Origin: Candidatus Pelethousia sp.
Lineage (GTDB): Bacteria; Bacillota; Clostridia; Christensenellales; CAG-138
DNA length: 64,000 nucleotides
Assembly (NCBI GenBank): GCA_034933245.1
Contig: JAYFNX010000011.1
Location: 948-64,947 of the forward strand
Reading direction: 5' to 3'
Positions 25,426 to 34,488 of the stretch are shown one piece after another. Each line of letters begins with the position of its first letter. The stretch's first letter is position 1. The position numbers and the translations under genes were made by a program. The notes under the pieces were generated by a model, which did no database searches, was not told where the DNA came from, and saw nothing but the letters and a program-made list of their open reading frames with translations.

Positions 25426-27108
25426 ATGGGAATATCGTTACTAGAGGCCATGCGTATACCTCCCTTCTCGGAAGCAAAACTGATAGCGGGTGCAGCCGGG
25501 ATTGGCCGCACGGTGGAATCCGCCAACATTCAAGAAGTGCCGGATGTAGACCGGTGGCTGCATGGGGGAGAAATCGTTTTTACGGCAGGGTATGCCTTTC
25601 AAACGACGGAGAACGCGGTGAAGCTACTGGAGCGGATAAACCACAAGGGCGCCACGGCAATGGCGATAAAACCCAGCCCATACCTTCCCTGCATTCCCAA
25701 GGAGATGATTGCATGCGCAGATAGGCTGGGATTTCCCCTTTTTGAAATATCGGAAGACATGCCCTATATGGATTGCATTCTACCGATATTGGAGCGCATC
25801 ACCCAAAGGCAGCTTACGGTTATGAAGCGGGTAGAAAGCGTGCATGAATCCCTGATGCAGTCGATCTTGCGGGATGAGGGCATGGACGGCATTTGCCGGA
25901 CGTTGAGTGGCGTTACGCAAAGCCCTGTTGCCATTCTTTCGCCCCAGGGGTCCATTATGGCCCGTTGGCATGAAGCCGCCCAGGAAGGCGCTTGTGCGCA
26001 AGACGAGGAGGAAGATGTGCGGCTCCAGGCCTTCCTGCGCAGCAGCAATGTACGCCATATGCGCCGGAACCAGTGCAATGCCGTAAACCTTGGGGATAAA
26101 ACAAGGCGCATATGCGTGCCGATCTTTGCACAGGACGCCCATATAGCTTACCTATTGCTGGATAAATCCATGGATGAAATGCTGGATCTCGATCTGATTG
26201 CATTTGAAAATGCCAGCTCTTTTATCGCCATCGAGATTTTGAAGGAAGAGGCGCTCATACAAAAGGAACAGAGAATTCGGGAGCAGTTCCTGGAGGACCT
26301 GTTTATGAAGCGCTATAACGACAACCGGGTTATGTACCAGCGGGGGTTGTATGTTGGCTTTGATATGAGCCGTCCCCATTGCGTTTTGGTGGTGGCGCCG
26401 GATGCTTTTGAAAGTTATATTTATGGCGAGCTGAAAAGCGCGAATGAAACGGAAGTGCAGAACATCAAGACCCGCATCCATAATTGCGTGCGGGACGGAC
26501 TTGCGGCCTATCCTGGTTCGCTTCTTACCATGACGGACGGGGTAAAAGTCGTAGCCATGGCGGAAATTCGAAATCCCGCGGATTTAAAGACCTTAAAGGT
26601 GGTTTTGCAGGAGTTGACGAAGAAGCTGACGAAGGAGTTTCCGCGCTTATTGTTTTCAGCCGGCGTAGGGCGCGTGAAACGCCGCCTTGAGGAAGTGGGG
26701 GTAAGCCGGGACGAGGCGATGCTTGCGCTGCGGGCAAGCCGCAAGACCAAGTTGCATACTGAGGACGAACGGATTATGTTCTTTGAGGATTTGGGGTGCC
26801 TGTGCTTTCTGTGTGAATTGGATGGTTCCACCGCTATGCGCAATTATTACGAGGAGCATATGCGCGCGCTGATAGAGTATGATGCGGAAAACAAGTGCGA
26901 TCTAATCGCAACGCTGGAAGCATACCTCGCGAGCAATCAAAACCTTCGGTTAACAGCAGAACGCCTTTTTGTGCATAAGAATTCCGTTATTTATAGGCTC
27001 CATAAAATCGAGGGGCTTATCGGGCAACGCCTCTCAGATGCAAAGACGGGATTTGATATGCAGCTTTGCTTATATTTACGCAGCATTTTTTCCGAACCGC
27101 AAAGGTGA
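25426..27108 (+). CDS. PucR-family transcriptional regulator
   Basis: ATG at 25426 with AAGGGGA upstream. It has a PucR-type N-terminal domain and a C-terminal HTH (LRLTAERLFVHKNSVIYRLHKIE). Confidence 0.85.
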   Translation: MGISLLEAMRIPPFSEAKLIAGAAGIGRTVESANIQEVPDVDRWLHGGEIVFTAGYAFQTTENAVKLLERINHKGATAMAIKPSPYLPCIPKEMIACADRLGFPLFEISEDMPYMDCILPILERITQRQLTVMKRVESVHESLMQSILRDEGMDGICRTLSGVTQSPVAILSPQGSIMARWHEAAQEGACAQDEEEDVRLQAFLRSSNVRHMRRNQCNAVNLGDKTRRICVPIFAQDAHIAYLLLDKSMDEMLDLDLIAFENASSFIAIEILKEEALIQKEQRIREQFLEDLFMKRYNDNRVMYQRGLYVGFDMSRPHCVLVVAPDAFESYIYGELKSANETEVQNIKTRIHNCVRDGLAAYPGSLLTMTDGVKVVAMAEIRNPADLKTLKVVLQELTKKLTKEFPRLLFSAGVGRVKRRLEEVGVSRDEAMLALRASRKTKLHTEDERIMFFEDLGCLCFLCELDGSTAMRNYYEEHMRALIEYDAENKCDLIATLEAYLASNQNLRLTAERLFVHKNSVIYRLHKIEGLIGQRLSDAKTGFDMQLCLYLRSIFSEPQR

Positions 27109-27387
27109 TACGCTCTAAAAACAGAATCGGTTTGCGCCATTTTAAGCCGTCGGGAGGGTTTCAATATGGAACGATAGCGCTTTTTTTCTTTTTGGGGAAC
27201 TTGATGGATTTTCCTATGAAAATACGCCCAACAGGTTAGCCCATTGGCAATCCAGCGCGCTGCTTACCTTGATTATACCGGGAGGATCAGAACGCATGGC
27301 CACAGCCTAAACTTTGGTCGCCTTATGAAGGGAAAATGAAAATGTACTGCGCCTAATATATGGACCACAATCACAAACATTTTTTAA

Positions 27388-27400
27388 AAACGTTGGTATG
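27388..27400 (+). promoter_or_regulatory. PucR-box-like motif AAACGTTGGTATG
   Basis: It resembles the B. subtilis PucR box WWWCNTTGGTTAA as I recall it (10 of 13 positions). It lies about 150 bp upstream of the DPD-like gene. Confidence 0.25.
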
Positions 27401-27548
27401 GTGTCACAATGACATGAAATCCGCGGATGTGATACGATAGCACCGTAAAAATGATTTAGAAAACAACCATATAAGCGTCTGTACAGAATCGAAAAAGCTT
27501 ATCAAAAAAACCCATCATAAGCACTTAGCATAGGAAAGGTGGAGCACA

Positions 27549-28700
27549 ATGGCAAATTTGGAAGTCTCTTATTGCGGCGTAAAGTTTCGCAATCCTTTGG
27601 TTCTTGCATCCGCAACCCCAGGCTGGGACGGAGAAGGTATGCGCCTGGCAGGAGAAGCGGGAATTGGCGGCGTTATCCCCAAGACGATTGGACCGGAACA
27701 GGACTGGGCTGCGCATCCGCGCAATGGCCGCATCTATTTGCACCGCTATAACGGCAAACCGATTGGACAAGTCAATCTTGAGCTGTTCACAACAATGAGC
27801 CGTGATGCATGGGTAAGGGAACAACTTGCTATCGCCAAAGAAGGCGGCGCTACGATGCAAGTTAGCATATTGGCTATGCCGGAGCCTGAAGAAACCGCCA
27901 AGCTGGTGGAGGAAATTCAGGCGACAGGGCTGGTGGATCTCTTTGAACTTAACGTTTCCTGTCCAATGCCCGCTTCCACGGTAGGCATGCACATTGGGAA
28001 AAGCCCCGAGCGCACCTTTAACCAAGTGAAAATTGCGAAGGCGGCATCCAAAATACCGTTTACGGTAAAAATGACGCCCAATGTAACGGATCTTATCGAT
28101 GTGAGCATTGCCGCAAAAGAAGCCGGCGCGGATGGCATTACCATCAGCAATTCCATCCGCTCTTTTGCAGGGGTGGATATTGAAAGCGGCAAGCCCTATC
28201 TGTGCGGATACGGCGGCTATACGGGCCCCGCAATTCATCCCATCATTATGCGCCATGTATCTGAAGTGGCACGCCATGTGGATATCCCTATCTCGGCTGT
28301 GGGGGGCGTAAACAGCTATAAAGAGGTAATCGAATTCATCATGCTGGGTGCAACGACCGTTCAGATCTGCACCGCCGTTATGTGGAACGGTTATGAACGC
28401 ATCACCCAGATTGTTAACGATTTGAACAAGTGGATGGATGCCAAAGGATACAAATCCTTTGAAGAGATTCGCGGGATTGCGCTTAAGGATATCACCACGG
28501 TGGAGAAGCTGGCGGAGTTGCCGGCCAAGTTCGCGGATGTGGATCGGGAGGCTTGCACCAATTGCGGCCTATGCCAACGCCTGTGTATGTATCGCGCCAT
28601 TCGCGAAAAGGACGGCAAGCGGTTTGTGGAAACCGGCAAGTGCGATGGTTGCGGCGTATGCGCCCAGTGGTGTCCTACCAAAGCAATTACGCTCAAATAA
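27549..28700 (+). CDS. Dihydroorotate/dihydropyrimidine dehydrogenase-like FMN enzyme with C-terminal 2x[4Fe-4S] domain (PreA-like)
   Basis: 383 aa with the class-1 DHOD/DPD barrel (active-site NVSCP, GGVNS) and CTNCGLCQRLC...CDGCGVCAQWCP. GAAAGGTGGAG RBS upstream. Confidence 0.85.
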   Translation: MANLEVSYCGVKFRNPLVLASATPGWDGEGMRLAGEAGIGGVIPKTIGPEQDWAAHPRNGRIYLHRYNGKPIGQVNLELFTTMSRDAWVREQLAIAKEGGATMQVSILAMPEPEETAKLVEEIQATGLVDLFELNVSCPMPASTVGMHIGKSPERTFNQVKIAKAASKIPFTVKMTPNVTDLIDVSIAAKEAGADGITISNSIRSFAGVDIESGKPYLCGYGGYTGPAIHPIIMRHVSEVARHVDIPISAVGGVNSYKEVIEFIMLGATTVQICTAVMWNGYERITQIVNDLNKWMDAKGYKSFEEIRGIALKDITTVEKLAELPAKFADVDREACTNCGLCQRLCMYRAIREKDGKRFVETGKCDGCGVCAQWCPTKAITLK

Positions 28701-28786
28701 TGGAATGGGACGAATTTCATTCCGCCCGGCTTCACGGGGGGAACTGCAATTAAATTACAATAAAACGGGAGGAAAAAGGAGGAAGT

Positions 28787-29878
28787 ATGAAAAAGTATAT
28801 CGCATTATTGCTGACATTCCTAGTTACCGTTAGCATGGTAGCAGGATGCGCAGCCCCGTCCCAACCGGCAGCGCAAGCCCCTGCGGCCCAGGAACCCGCC
28901 GCAACGGAGGCCCAAGCTGCGGAGCCCGCCGCTGCAAGTGAACCCGCTTATGTGTTAAAGATCGGCCACGACCACACTACCACCTCTCCGATTCAAGCTT
29001 CAGCCGAAGAGTTCAAGCGCCTTGTGGAGGAAAATAGCAATGGCCAGATCAGCGTGGAAATTTATCCCGCCCAGCAGCTCGGCAGTTCCCGCGAGATGAT
29101 CGAAAGCCTGCAGATCGGCACGCTGGAAGCGGTGCTGCTCCCCACGGCCAAATTCGGCGGATTCGACCAGCGCCTCAACCTTGCCGATATGCCCTTTATC
29201 GCTGACTCGGAGAAGGACTTCTTAACGATCTTCAACGGCGAGATTGGCCAGGAAGCCATGAGCGGCTTGCCTTCCATCGGCATTACGGGCATTGCGTACT
29301 ACCCCGAAGGATTCAAAGCCATAACCAACAACGTGCACCCCATTGTGACGCCCGCGGATCTGAAGGGCCTCAAGATCAGAACCATGGAAGCGCCTATCAT
29401 AATGTCCATGTTCTCGGCATGGGGCGCAAACCCGGTTCCCGTGGATTTCACCGAAGTTTATAATTCCCTCCAGCAGAACGTTGTGGACGGCCAGGAGAAC
29501 CCGTTCCTGTCCATTCATGATATGAAGTTTTATGAAGTCCAAAAATACATGACCATTTCCAACCATGCGTATTTGTCCTATTTCCTGGCGGCGAGTACCT
29601 CGTGGTTTGATGCGCTCCCCGCCGATCTTCAGGAAGTTGTTAGACAGGCCGGGATAGATGCATCTGCATTTTGCCTTGTTAAGATGAACGAGGCCAATGA
29701 CGGCTATCTCAAGACCATCAAGGACTACGGCGTGGAAGTTTATGAGCTCAGCCAGGAAGAGCGGCAGACATTTAAGGATGCATGTTCCTCTGTCTATGAC
29801 GACTATCGCGATGTTATTGGCGGCGATCTGCTGGACCGTGCGGTTGCACAGGCTGCGGAACTGTCTGCGGCCCAATAA
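28787..29878 (+). CDS. TRAP transporter substrate-binding lipoprotein (DctP family)
   Basis: Lipobox VAGC, an Ala/Gln/Glu/Pro linker, then a DctP-type domain. GGAGGAAG RBS upstream. Confidence 0.85.
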   Translation: MKKYIALLLTFLVTVSMVAGCAAPSQPAAQAPAAQEPAATEAQAAEPAAASEPAYVLKIGHDHTTTSPIQASAEEFKRLVEENSNGQISVEIYPAQQLGSSREMIESLQIGTLEAVLLPTAKFGGFDQRLNLADMPFIADSEKDFLTIFNGEIGQEAMSGLPSIGITGIAYYPEGFKAITNNVHPIVTPADLKGLKIRTMEAPIIMSMFSAWGANPVPVDFTEVYNSLQQNVVDGQENPFLSIHDMKFYEVQKYMTISNHAYLSYFLAASTSWFDALPADLQEVVRQAGIDASAFCLVKMNEANDGYLKTIKDYGVEVYELSQEERQTFKDACSSVYDDYRDVIGGDLLDRAVAQAAELSAAQ

Positions 29879-29913
29879 TAACACCTCGGCTCACGTTTTA
29901 ATGGAAAGGAAAA

Positions 29914-29941
29914 TCGTCTGCCGCGTTTTCGCGGCAGACGA
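29914..29941 (+). terminator. Stable hairpin after the TRAP SBP gene (no clear U-tract)
   Basis: tcgtctgccgcg / tttt / cgcggcagacga. Confidence 0.45.
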
Positions 29942-29967
29942 AAACCGAGTTAGGAGGTGCTTCTTGT

Positions 29968-30495
29968 ATGCTTGAACGGATGGATACCTACCTTTCGCGC
30001 TTTGAAAACGCGATAAACGGCGGCTTGATGCTTGCAGGCGTCGTCGTGTTATTTATAAACGTCATGATGCGTTACCTTTTTCATGCCGCATCTACTTGGG
30101 TGGAAGAAGCCTTGCGCTATGCGATTATCTGGGTGACTTTTTTTGGAGGCAGCCAGTGCGCAAAGAACGGCACACACGTTGGCATTGATCTTCTTACCCA
30201 ATCTCTTCCGGAAACCGGGAAACGGATACTTTCCGCAACGGGCCAGTTTATAGCAGGCGTATTAAACGCATTCTGTACCTATGCGGGGATACAGATGACA
30301 AAGCTCGTGCTGGACACGGCGCAGAAAAGTCCTGCAATTCTCATGCCGATGTGGATTGTGTATATAGCTATCCCCCTCGGATGTGGTCTGATGACGATCA
30401 GGTTCTTTGTTGCAGGCCTAAACATACTCAGGCATAATGGCCCGGGCTCCCTGATTGCCGACGAAGAAGGCCATGTCGATATGTCACGGCTGTAG
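29968..30495 (+). CDS. TRAP transporter small permease (DctQ family)
   Basis: 175 aa with four predicted TM helices, positioned between the DctP and DctM genes. Confidence 0.8.
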   Translation: MLERMDTYLSRFENAINGGLMLAGVVVLFINVMMRYLFHAASTWVEEALRYAIIWVTFFGGSQCAKNGTHVGIDLLTQSLPETGKRILSATGQFIAGVLNAFCTYAGIQMTKLVLDTAQKSPAILMPMWIVYIAIPLGCGLMTIRFFVAGLNILRHNGPGSLIADEEGHVDMSRL

Positions 30496-30504
30496 GAGGC
30501 CCAC

Positions 30505-31788
30505 ATGATAGCAGCATTATTTATTTCCTTATTTGTTCTTTTGATTCTTGGCGCGCCGGTATTCGTAGCGCTGAGCCTGTCCTCGCTGATTGCCATCGTA
30601 GGATTTTCCAACTATCCGCTGATGATCGTGGTGCAGCGCATGGTGGGCGGCGTGGATAAGTTCTCCCTCATGGCGATCCCTTTCTTTATTTTAGGCGCGA
30701 ATGTTATGAAGACAGGCGGGATCGCAAAACGAATTTTAAACTGGGCCCAGACCATGGTGGGCGGCAACACGGGCGGCATGGCCATGACCACCGAGGTCGC
30801 CTGTATGTTCTTTGGGGCCGTGTCGGGTTCTTCTCCTGCAACGGTGATCGCCATCGGCGGCCTTATGTATCCCAAGATGATAGAAAAAAAATACCCAAGA
30901 GGATTTACCACAGGTTTAATTACCTCCAGCGGCTCCGTGGCGTTGCTTATCCCGCCCAGCATTTCCGCTATCGTATACGGATCCGTCACCGGCGCGTCTG
31001 TTGGCGCCCTGTTTATGGCCGGTCTTGGCGCGGGCATTCTTTACGGCATCTGCTTTATAGCCTATTGCTTCTGGTATGCGAAAAAACACAAAATTCCCAA
31101 GGATCCCAAATGCGACGCGAAAGCAAAGTGGAAAGCCACCCTGGACGCCGCATGGGCGCTGGGCATTCCCATTATCATCATGGGCGGAATTTATGCCGGC
31201 GTTTTCACGCCTACCGAAGCATCGGGCGTGGCAACCGTTTATGCGATTGTGGTTAGCCTTTTTGTTTATAGAGATATGAAGCTTAAGGAGCTTTGGGAGT
31301 GCTGTATAGCTTCTGCAGGTTCGACGGCGCAAGTTATGATCCTTCTGGCCGTCGCATCTATCTTCAGCTGGGTCCTCACGGTGGGGCAGATACCCCAACA
31401 GCTTTCCCAGATGATCGTAAACGCGAATCTTTCGGCCGTGGGATTCCTCCTGGTGACAAACCTGCTGCTCATTGTGGAGGGGATGTTTATTGATGGCTCT
31501 TCCGCCATCATCATCACCGCGCCGCTGCTTTACAGCGCAGCCGTGGCACTGGGAATTAATCCGATTCACCTGGGCGTTATCATGGTTGCCAACGCCGCAA
31601 TCGGTATGTTCACACCGCCCTTTGGCCTCAATTTGTTCGTGGCGCAACCTGTTACGGGCAATAACATGAAAACCATTATGAAAGGCGTCATGCCCTTTGT
31701 GCTGATAAGCCTCATCGCCCTGGCGCTGATTACCTATCTGCCGGAGGTAAGCCTATTCCTGCCGAGGCTGGTTTACGGAACCGTTTAA
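30505..31788 (+). CDS. TRAP transporter large permease (DctM family)
   Basis: 427 aa, polytopic, with a typical DctM N-terminus. Confidence 0.9.
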   Translation: MIAALFISLFVLLILGAPVFVALSLSSLIAIVGFSNYPLMIVVQRMVGGVDKFSLMAIPFFILGANVMKTGGIAKRILNWAQTMVGGNTGGMAMTTEVACMFFGAVSGSSPATVIAIGGLMYPKMIEKKYPRGFTTGLITSSGSVALLIPPSISAIVYGSVTGASVGALFMAGLGAGILYGICFIAYCFWYAKKHKIPKDPKCDAKAKWKATLDAAWALGIPIIIMGGIYAGVFTPTEASGVATVYAIVVSLFVYRDMKLKELWECCIASAGSTAQVMILLAVASIFSWVLTVGQIPQQLSQMIVNANLSAVGFLLVTNLLLIVEGMFIDGSSAIIITAPLLYSAAVALGINPIHLGVIMVANAAIGMFTPPFGLNLFVAQPVTGNNMKTIMKGVMPFVLISLIALALITYLPEVSLFLPRLVYGTV

Positions 31789-31798
31789 GGCAAGCAGC

Positions 31799-31823
31799 GG
31801 GCCGTAGCAATACGGCCCTTTTG
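31799..31823 (+). terminator. Terminator/attenuator hairpin between the TRAP genes and the Mo-hydroxylase genes
   Basis: gggccgta / gcaa / tacggccc followed by ttttg. Confidence 0.6.
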
Positions 31824-31869
31824 CCAGAAAATGAATTGATTTATATAAATTGCAGAGGAGCGTGTCAAA

Positions 31870-32724
31870 TTGCGAGTCAATACCTATTATAAACCCGCTA
31901 CCTTGCGGGAAGCATTGGTTTGTATGCGGTCCGGTGGTATCGTAAAAGCGCTTGCCGGCGGAACGGATTTGATTATCGAAATGAACGGAGGAAAGATTGC
32001 GCTGGATGCGCTGGTGGATCTTTCCGCTATATCCGAACTTAAGAACATAGAAGCCAGAGAAGACGGGCTGCATGTGGGCAGCATGGCCACCTTTTCGCAA
32101 ATCGCCAGCAGCGCGCTTGTGCAAAAAATATGCCCTATGCTCGCCGAAGCGGCTGCGATGGTGGGCTCGACCCAGGTGCGGAACAGTGGCACCATTGGAG
32201 GAAATCTGGCAAATGCGGCGACGGCGGCGGATACGGTTCCTGCGTTAATGGCTGCCGACGCCGTTGCGGTCATCAAGAACGCGGAAGGGATGCGCGTTCT
32301 GCCGGTAACCAATATTCCGACCGGGCTGAATACCACATGCCTCGCGGCGGACGAGCTGATTTTTGAGTTAATCATACCCCGGCATACGGGCTGCTTCATG
32401 GCTTTTGAAAAGATTGGACGGCGCAAAGCGCTTGCCATTTCCCGCATTAATATGGGCCTGTTGCTTGAAATGACCGGCAGCACCATTGCGCGCGCTGCGG
32501 TGGCTTACGGAGCGGTGGGAAAAACAGCATACCGCGTAACGGAGCTGGAGACGTTCCTGGAAGGGAAGCAACTCGACGAGGCCTTGATCAAACAGGCGGG
32601 AGATCTGGCGGAAAAAATCGTTACGGAAAAGCTTGCCGGAAGAAAGACCACGCCATATAAACGAAAGATTGCGGCGGCGGTGCTACGGCGTGCGCTTACC
32701 AGGGCGAATGGAGGTGCTGTGTAA
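31870..32724 (+). CDS. Molybdenum hydroxylase FAD-binding subunit (CoxM/XdhB/NdhF type)
   Basis: 284 aa, TTG start with GAGGAG 9 nt upstream. FAD-binding motif LAGGTDLI and TIGGNLAN. Confidence 0.85.
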   Translation: MRVNTYYKPATLREALVCMRSGGIVKALAGGTDLIIEMNGGKIALDALVDLSAISELKNIEAREDGLHVGSMATFSQIASSALVQKICPMLAEAAAMVGSTQVRNSGTIGGNLANAATAADTVPALMAADAVAVIKNAEGMRVLPVTNIPTGLNTTCLAADELIFELIIPRHTGCFMAFEKIGRRKALAISRINMGLLLEMTGSTIARAAVAYGAVGKTAYRVTELETFLEGKQLDEALIKQAGDLAEKIVTEKLAGRKTTPYKRKIAAAVLRRALTRANGGAV

Positions 32725-33189
32725 ATGGTACGCAAGATGACATTCGAAATAAACGGGCAGAACTATACTGTGGAAGTTGACCCTTCCATGCGCCTGTTGG
32801 ATCTCATCCGGGATGTGATTGGCCTTACGGGAACAAAAGAGGGCTGCGCCGAAGGGGAATGCGGCGCCTGCACCGTGATTCTGGACGGGGAAGCCGTTAC
32901 GAGTTGCCTTGTGCTGGCAGGCCAAGCCGAAGGCCATTCGATCATCACCATCGAGGGCGTTTCTCAAAACGGCGAGCTTACCAGGCTCCAGCAGGCTTTT
33001 GTGGATTGCGGCGCGATCCAGTGCGGCTTTTGCACGCCGGGCATGATTCTCTCGGCAAAGGCGCTGCTGGATAAAAACCCTCATCCCACGGACGATGAAA
33101 TCCGCACGGCAATTTCGGGCAACCTGTGCCGCTGCACAGGGTACGTAAAAATTGTGGACGCCGTTAAAAAGGCGGCCCAGGAGGAGTGA
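32725..33189 (+). CDS. Molybdenum hydroxylase 2x[2Fe-2S] subunit (CoxS/NdhS type)
   Basis: 154 aa. CAEGECGAC and QCGFCTPG...CRCTGY cluster motifs. Confidence 0.9.
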   Translation: MVRKMTFEINGQNYTVEVDPSMRLLDLIRDVIGLTGTKEGCAEGECGACTVILDGEAVTSCLVLAGQAEGHSIITIEGVSQNGELTRLQQAFVDCGAIQCGFCTPGMILSAKALLDKNPHPTDDEIRTAISGNLCRCTGYVKIVDAVKKAAQEE

Positions 33190-33192
33190 GCC

Positions 33193-34488
33193 ATGATACC
33201 GACCTCTGAATTCAAAGTAGTAGGAAAGCGGGAAGTCAGGAAGGATTCGCTGCCAAAAGCAACCGGGGCGGCCCGTTATGCGGCGGATATTAAAATGCCC
33301 GGCATGCTGTGCGGGAAGGCGCTTCGGAGCGAATATCCGCATGCGAAGATCCTATCTATCGATACCGATGCGGCCAAGGCGATGCCCGGCGTGCATGCGG
33401 TGCTTACAGCCAAAGATATCCCTGGTATCAATAAGTTTGGCCTGGCAATCGCGGACCAGGAGGTATTGGCCAGCAAAAAGGTGCGCATGATGGGCGACGC
33501 CGTGGCGCTCGTTGCCGCGGAAACGCTGGAGCAGTGCGAGGCCGCACTTCGCCAAATAAAGGTGGCGTATCAGGAATTGCCGGGGGTATTTTCCATTGAG
33601 GACGGCATCAAGGAAGGCGCACCCCTTGTGCATGAAGATGTGCCGGGCAACCTTCTTCAGCATACCATGGTGCGCAAGGGCGATGTTAGCACCGCGTGGG
33701 CGGACTGTGCCTATATTGTGGAAAACGACTATACCACCCAGCGCGTGGAACACGCCTATATCGAACCGGAGGTAGCGGTGGCATACATCGATACCATGGG
33801 CGTTATGAACGTGCTCAATTCAACGCAATATACGTTCCGGGACAGAAGGCAAATTGCCCCGGTCATCGATATGCCGCATAACATGGTGCGGGTGCAACAG
33901 CAGACGACAGGCGGCGGATTCGGCGGAAAAGATGACATCACCTGTGAAATTCAGGCGGCTTTGTTGGCGCTGAAGACAGGGAGACCCGTGAAGGTGGTAT
34001 GGACCCGCAGCGAATCCATGGCCTGCTCCACGAAGCGGCACCCCATGAAAATCCACGTTAAGACCGGATGCGATAAAAACGGAAAATTGCTGGCCATGGA
34101 AGGAACCGTCTATAGCGATAAGGGTGCGTATTGCTCCATCGGCCACTTTATTACCAAAAAAGCCGGGCTGCACCTTGCGGGCCCCTATTATATTCCAAAC
34201 ATTTGTGTGGATACGTATAGCATCTATACCAATAACACAATCTCCGGACCGTATCGTGGGTTCGGAATTCTACAGTCTGCCTTTGCGCACGAATCCCAGA
34301 TGGATCAGCTTGCCGACCTTGTCGGTATGGATCCGCTGGAATTCAGACTTCTCAATTGCCTGAAACATGGGTTATCCACCGCGACAGGACAGGTGTTCAC
34401 CCAGGGCGTGGGGTTTGAGGATACGCTACTGGCCATGAAAGAATATATGGGTGAGACAGACCTGTATGGCGAGGAGGGAGATCAATGA
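33193..34488 (+). CDS. Molybdopterin-binding subunit, N-terminal chain (NdhL-like)
   Basis: 431 aa with an a/b-hammerhead domain plus the first Mo-pterin domain (GGGFGGK motif). It ends at a TGA overlapping the next start (ATGA). Confidence 0.85.
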   Translation: MIPTSEFKVVGKREVRKDSLPKATGAARYAADIKMPGMLCGKALRSEYPHAKILSIDTDAAKAMPGVHAVLTAKDIPGINKFGLAIADQEVLASKKVRMMGDAVALVAAETLEQCEAALRQIKVAYQELPGVFSIEDGIKEGAPLVHEDVPGNLLQHTMVRKGDVSTAWADCAYIVENDYTTQRVEHAYIEPEVAVAYIDTMGVMNVLNSTQYTFRDRRQIAPVIDMPHNMVRVQQQTTGGGFGGKDDITCEIQAALLALKTGRPVKVVWTRSESMACSTKRHPMKIHVKTGCDKNGKLLAMEGTVYSDKGAYCSIGHFITKKAGLHLAGPYYIPNICVDTYSIYTNNTISGPYRGFGILQSAFAHESQMDQLADLVGMDPLEFRLLNCLKHGLSTATGQVFTQGVGFEDTLLAMKEYMGETDLYGEEGDQ

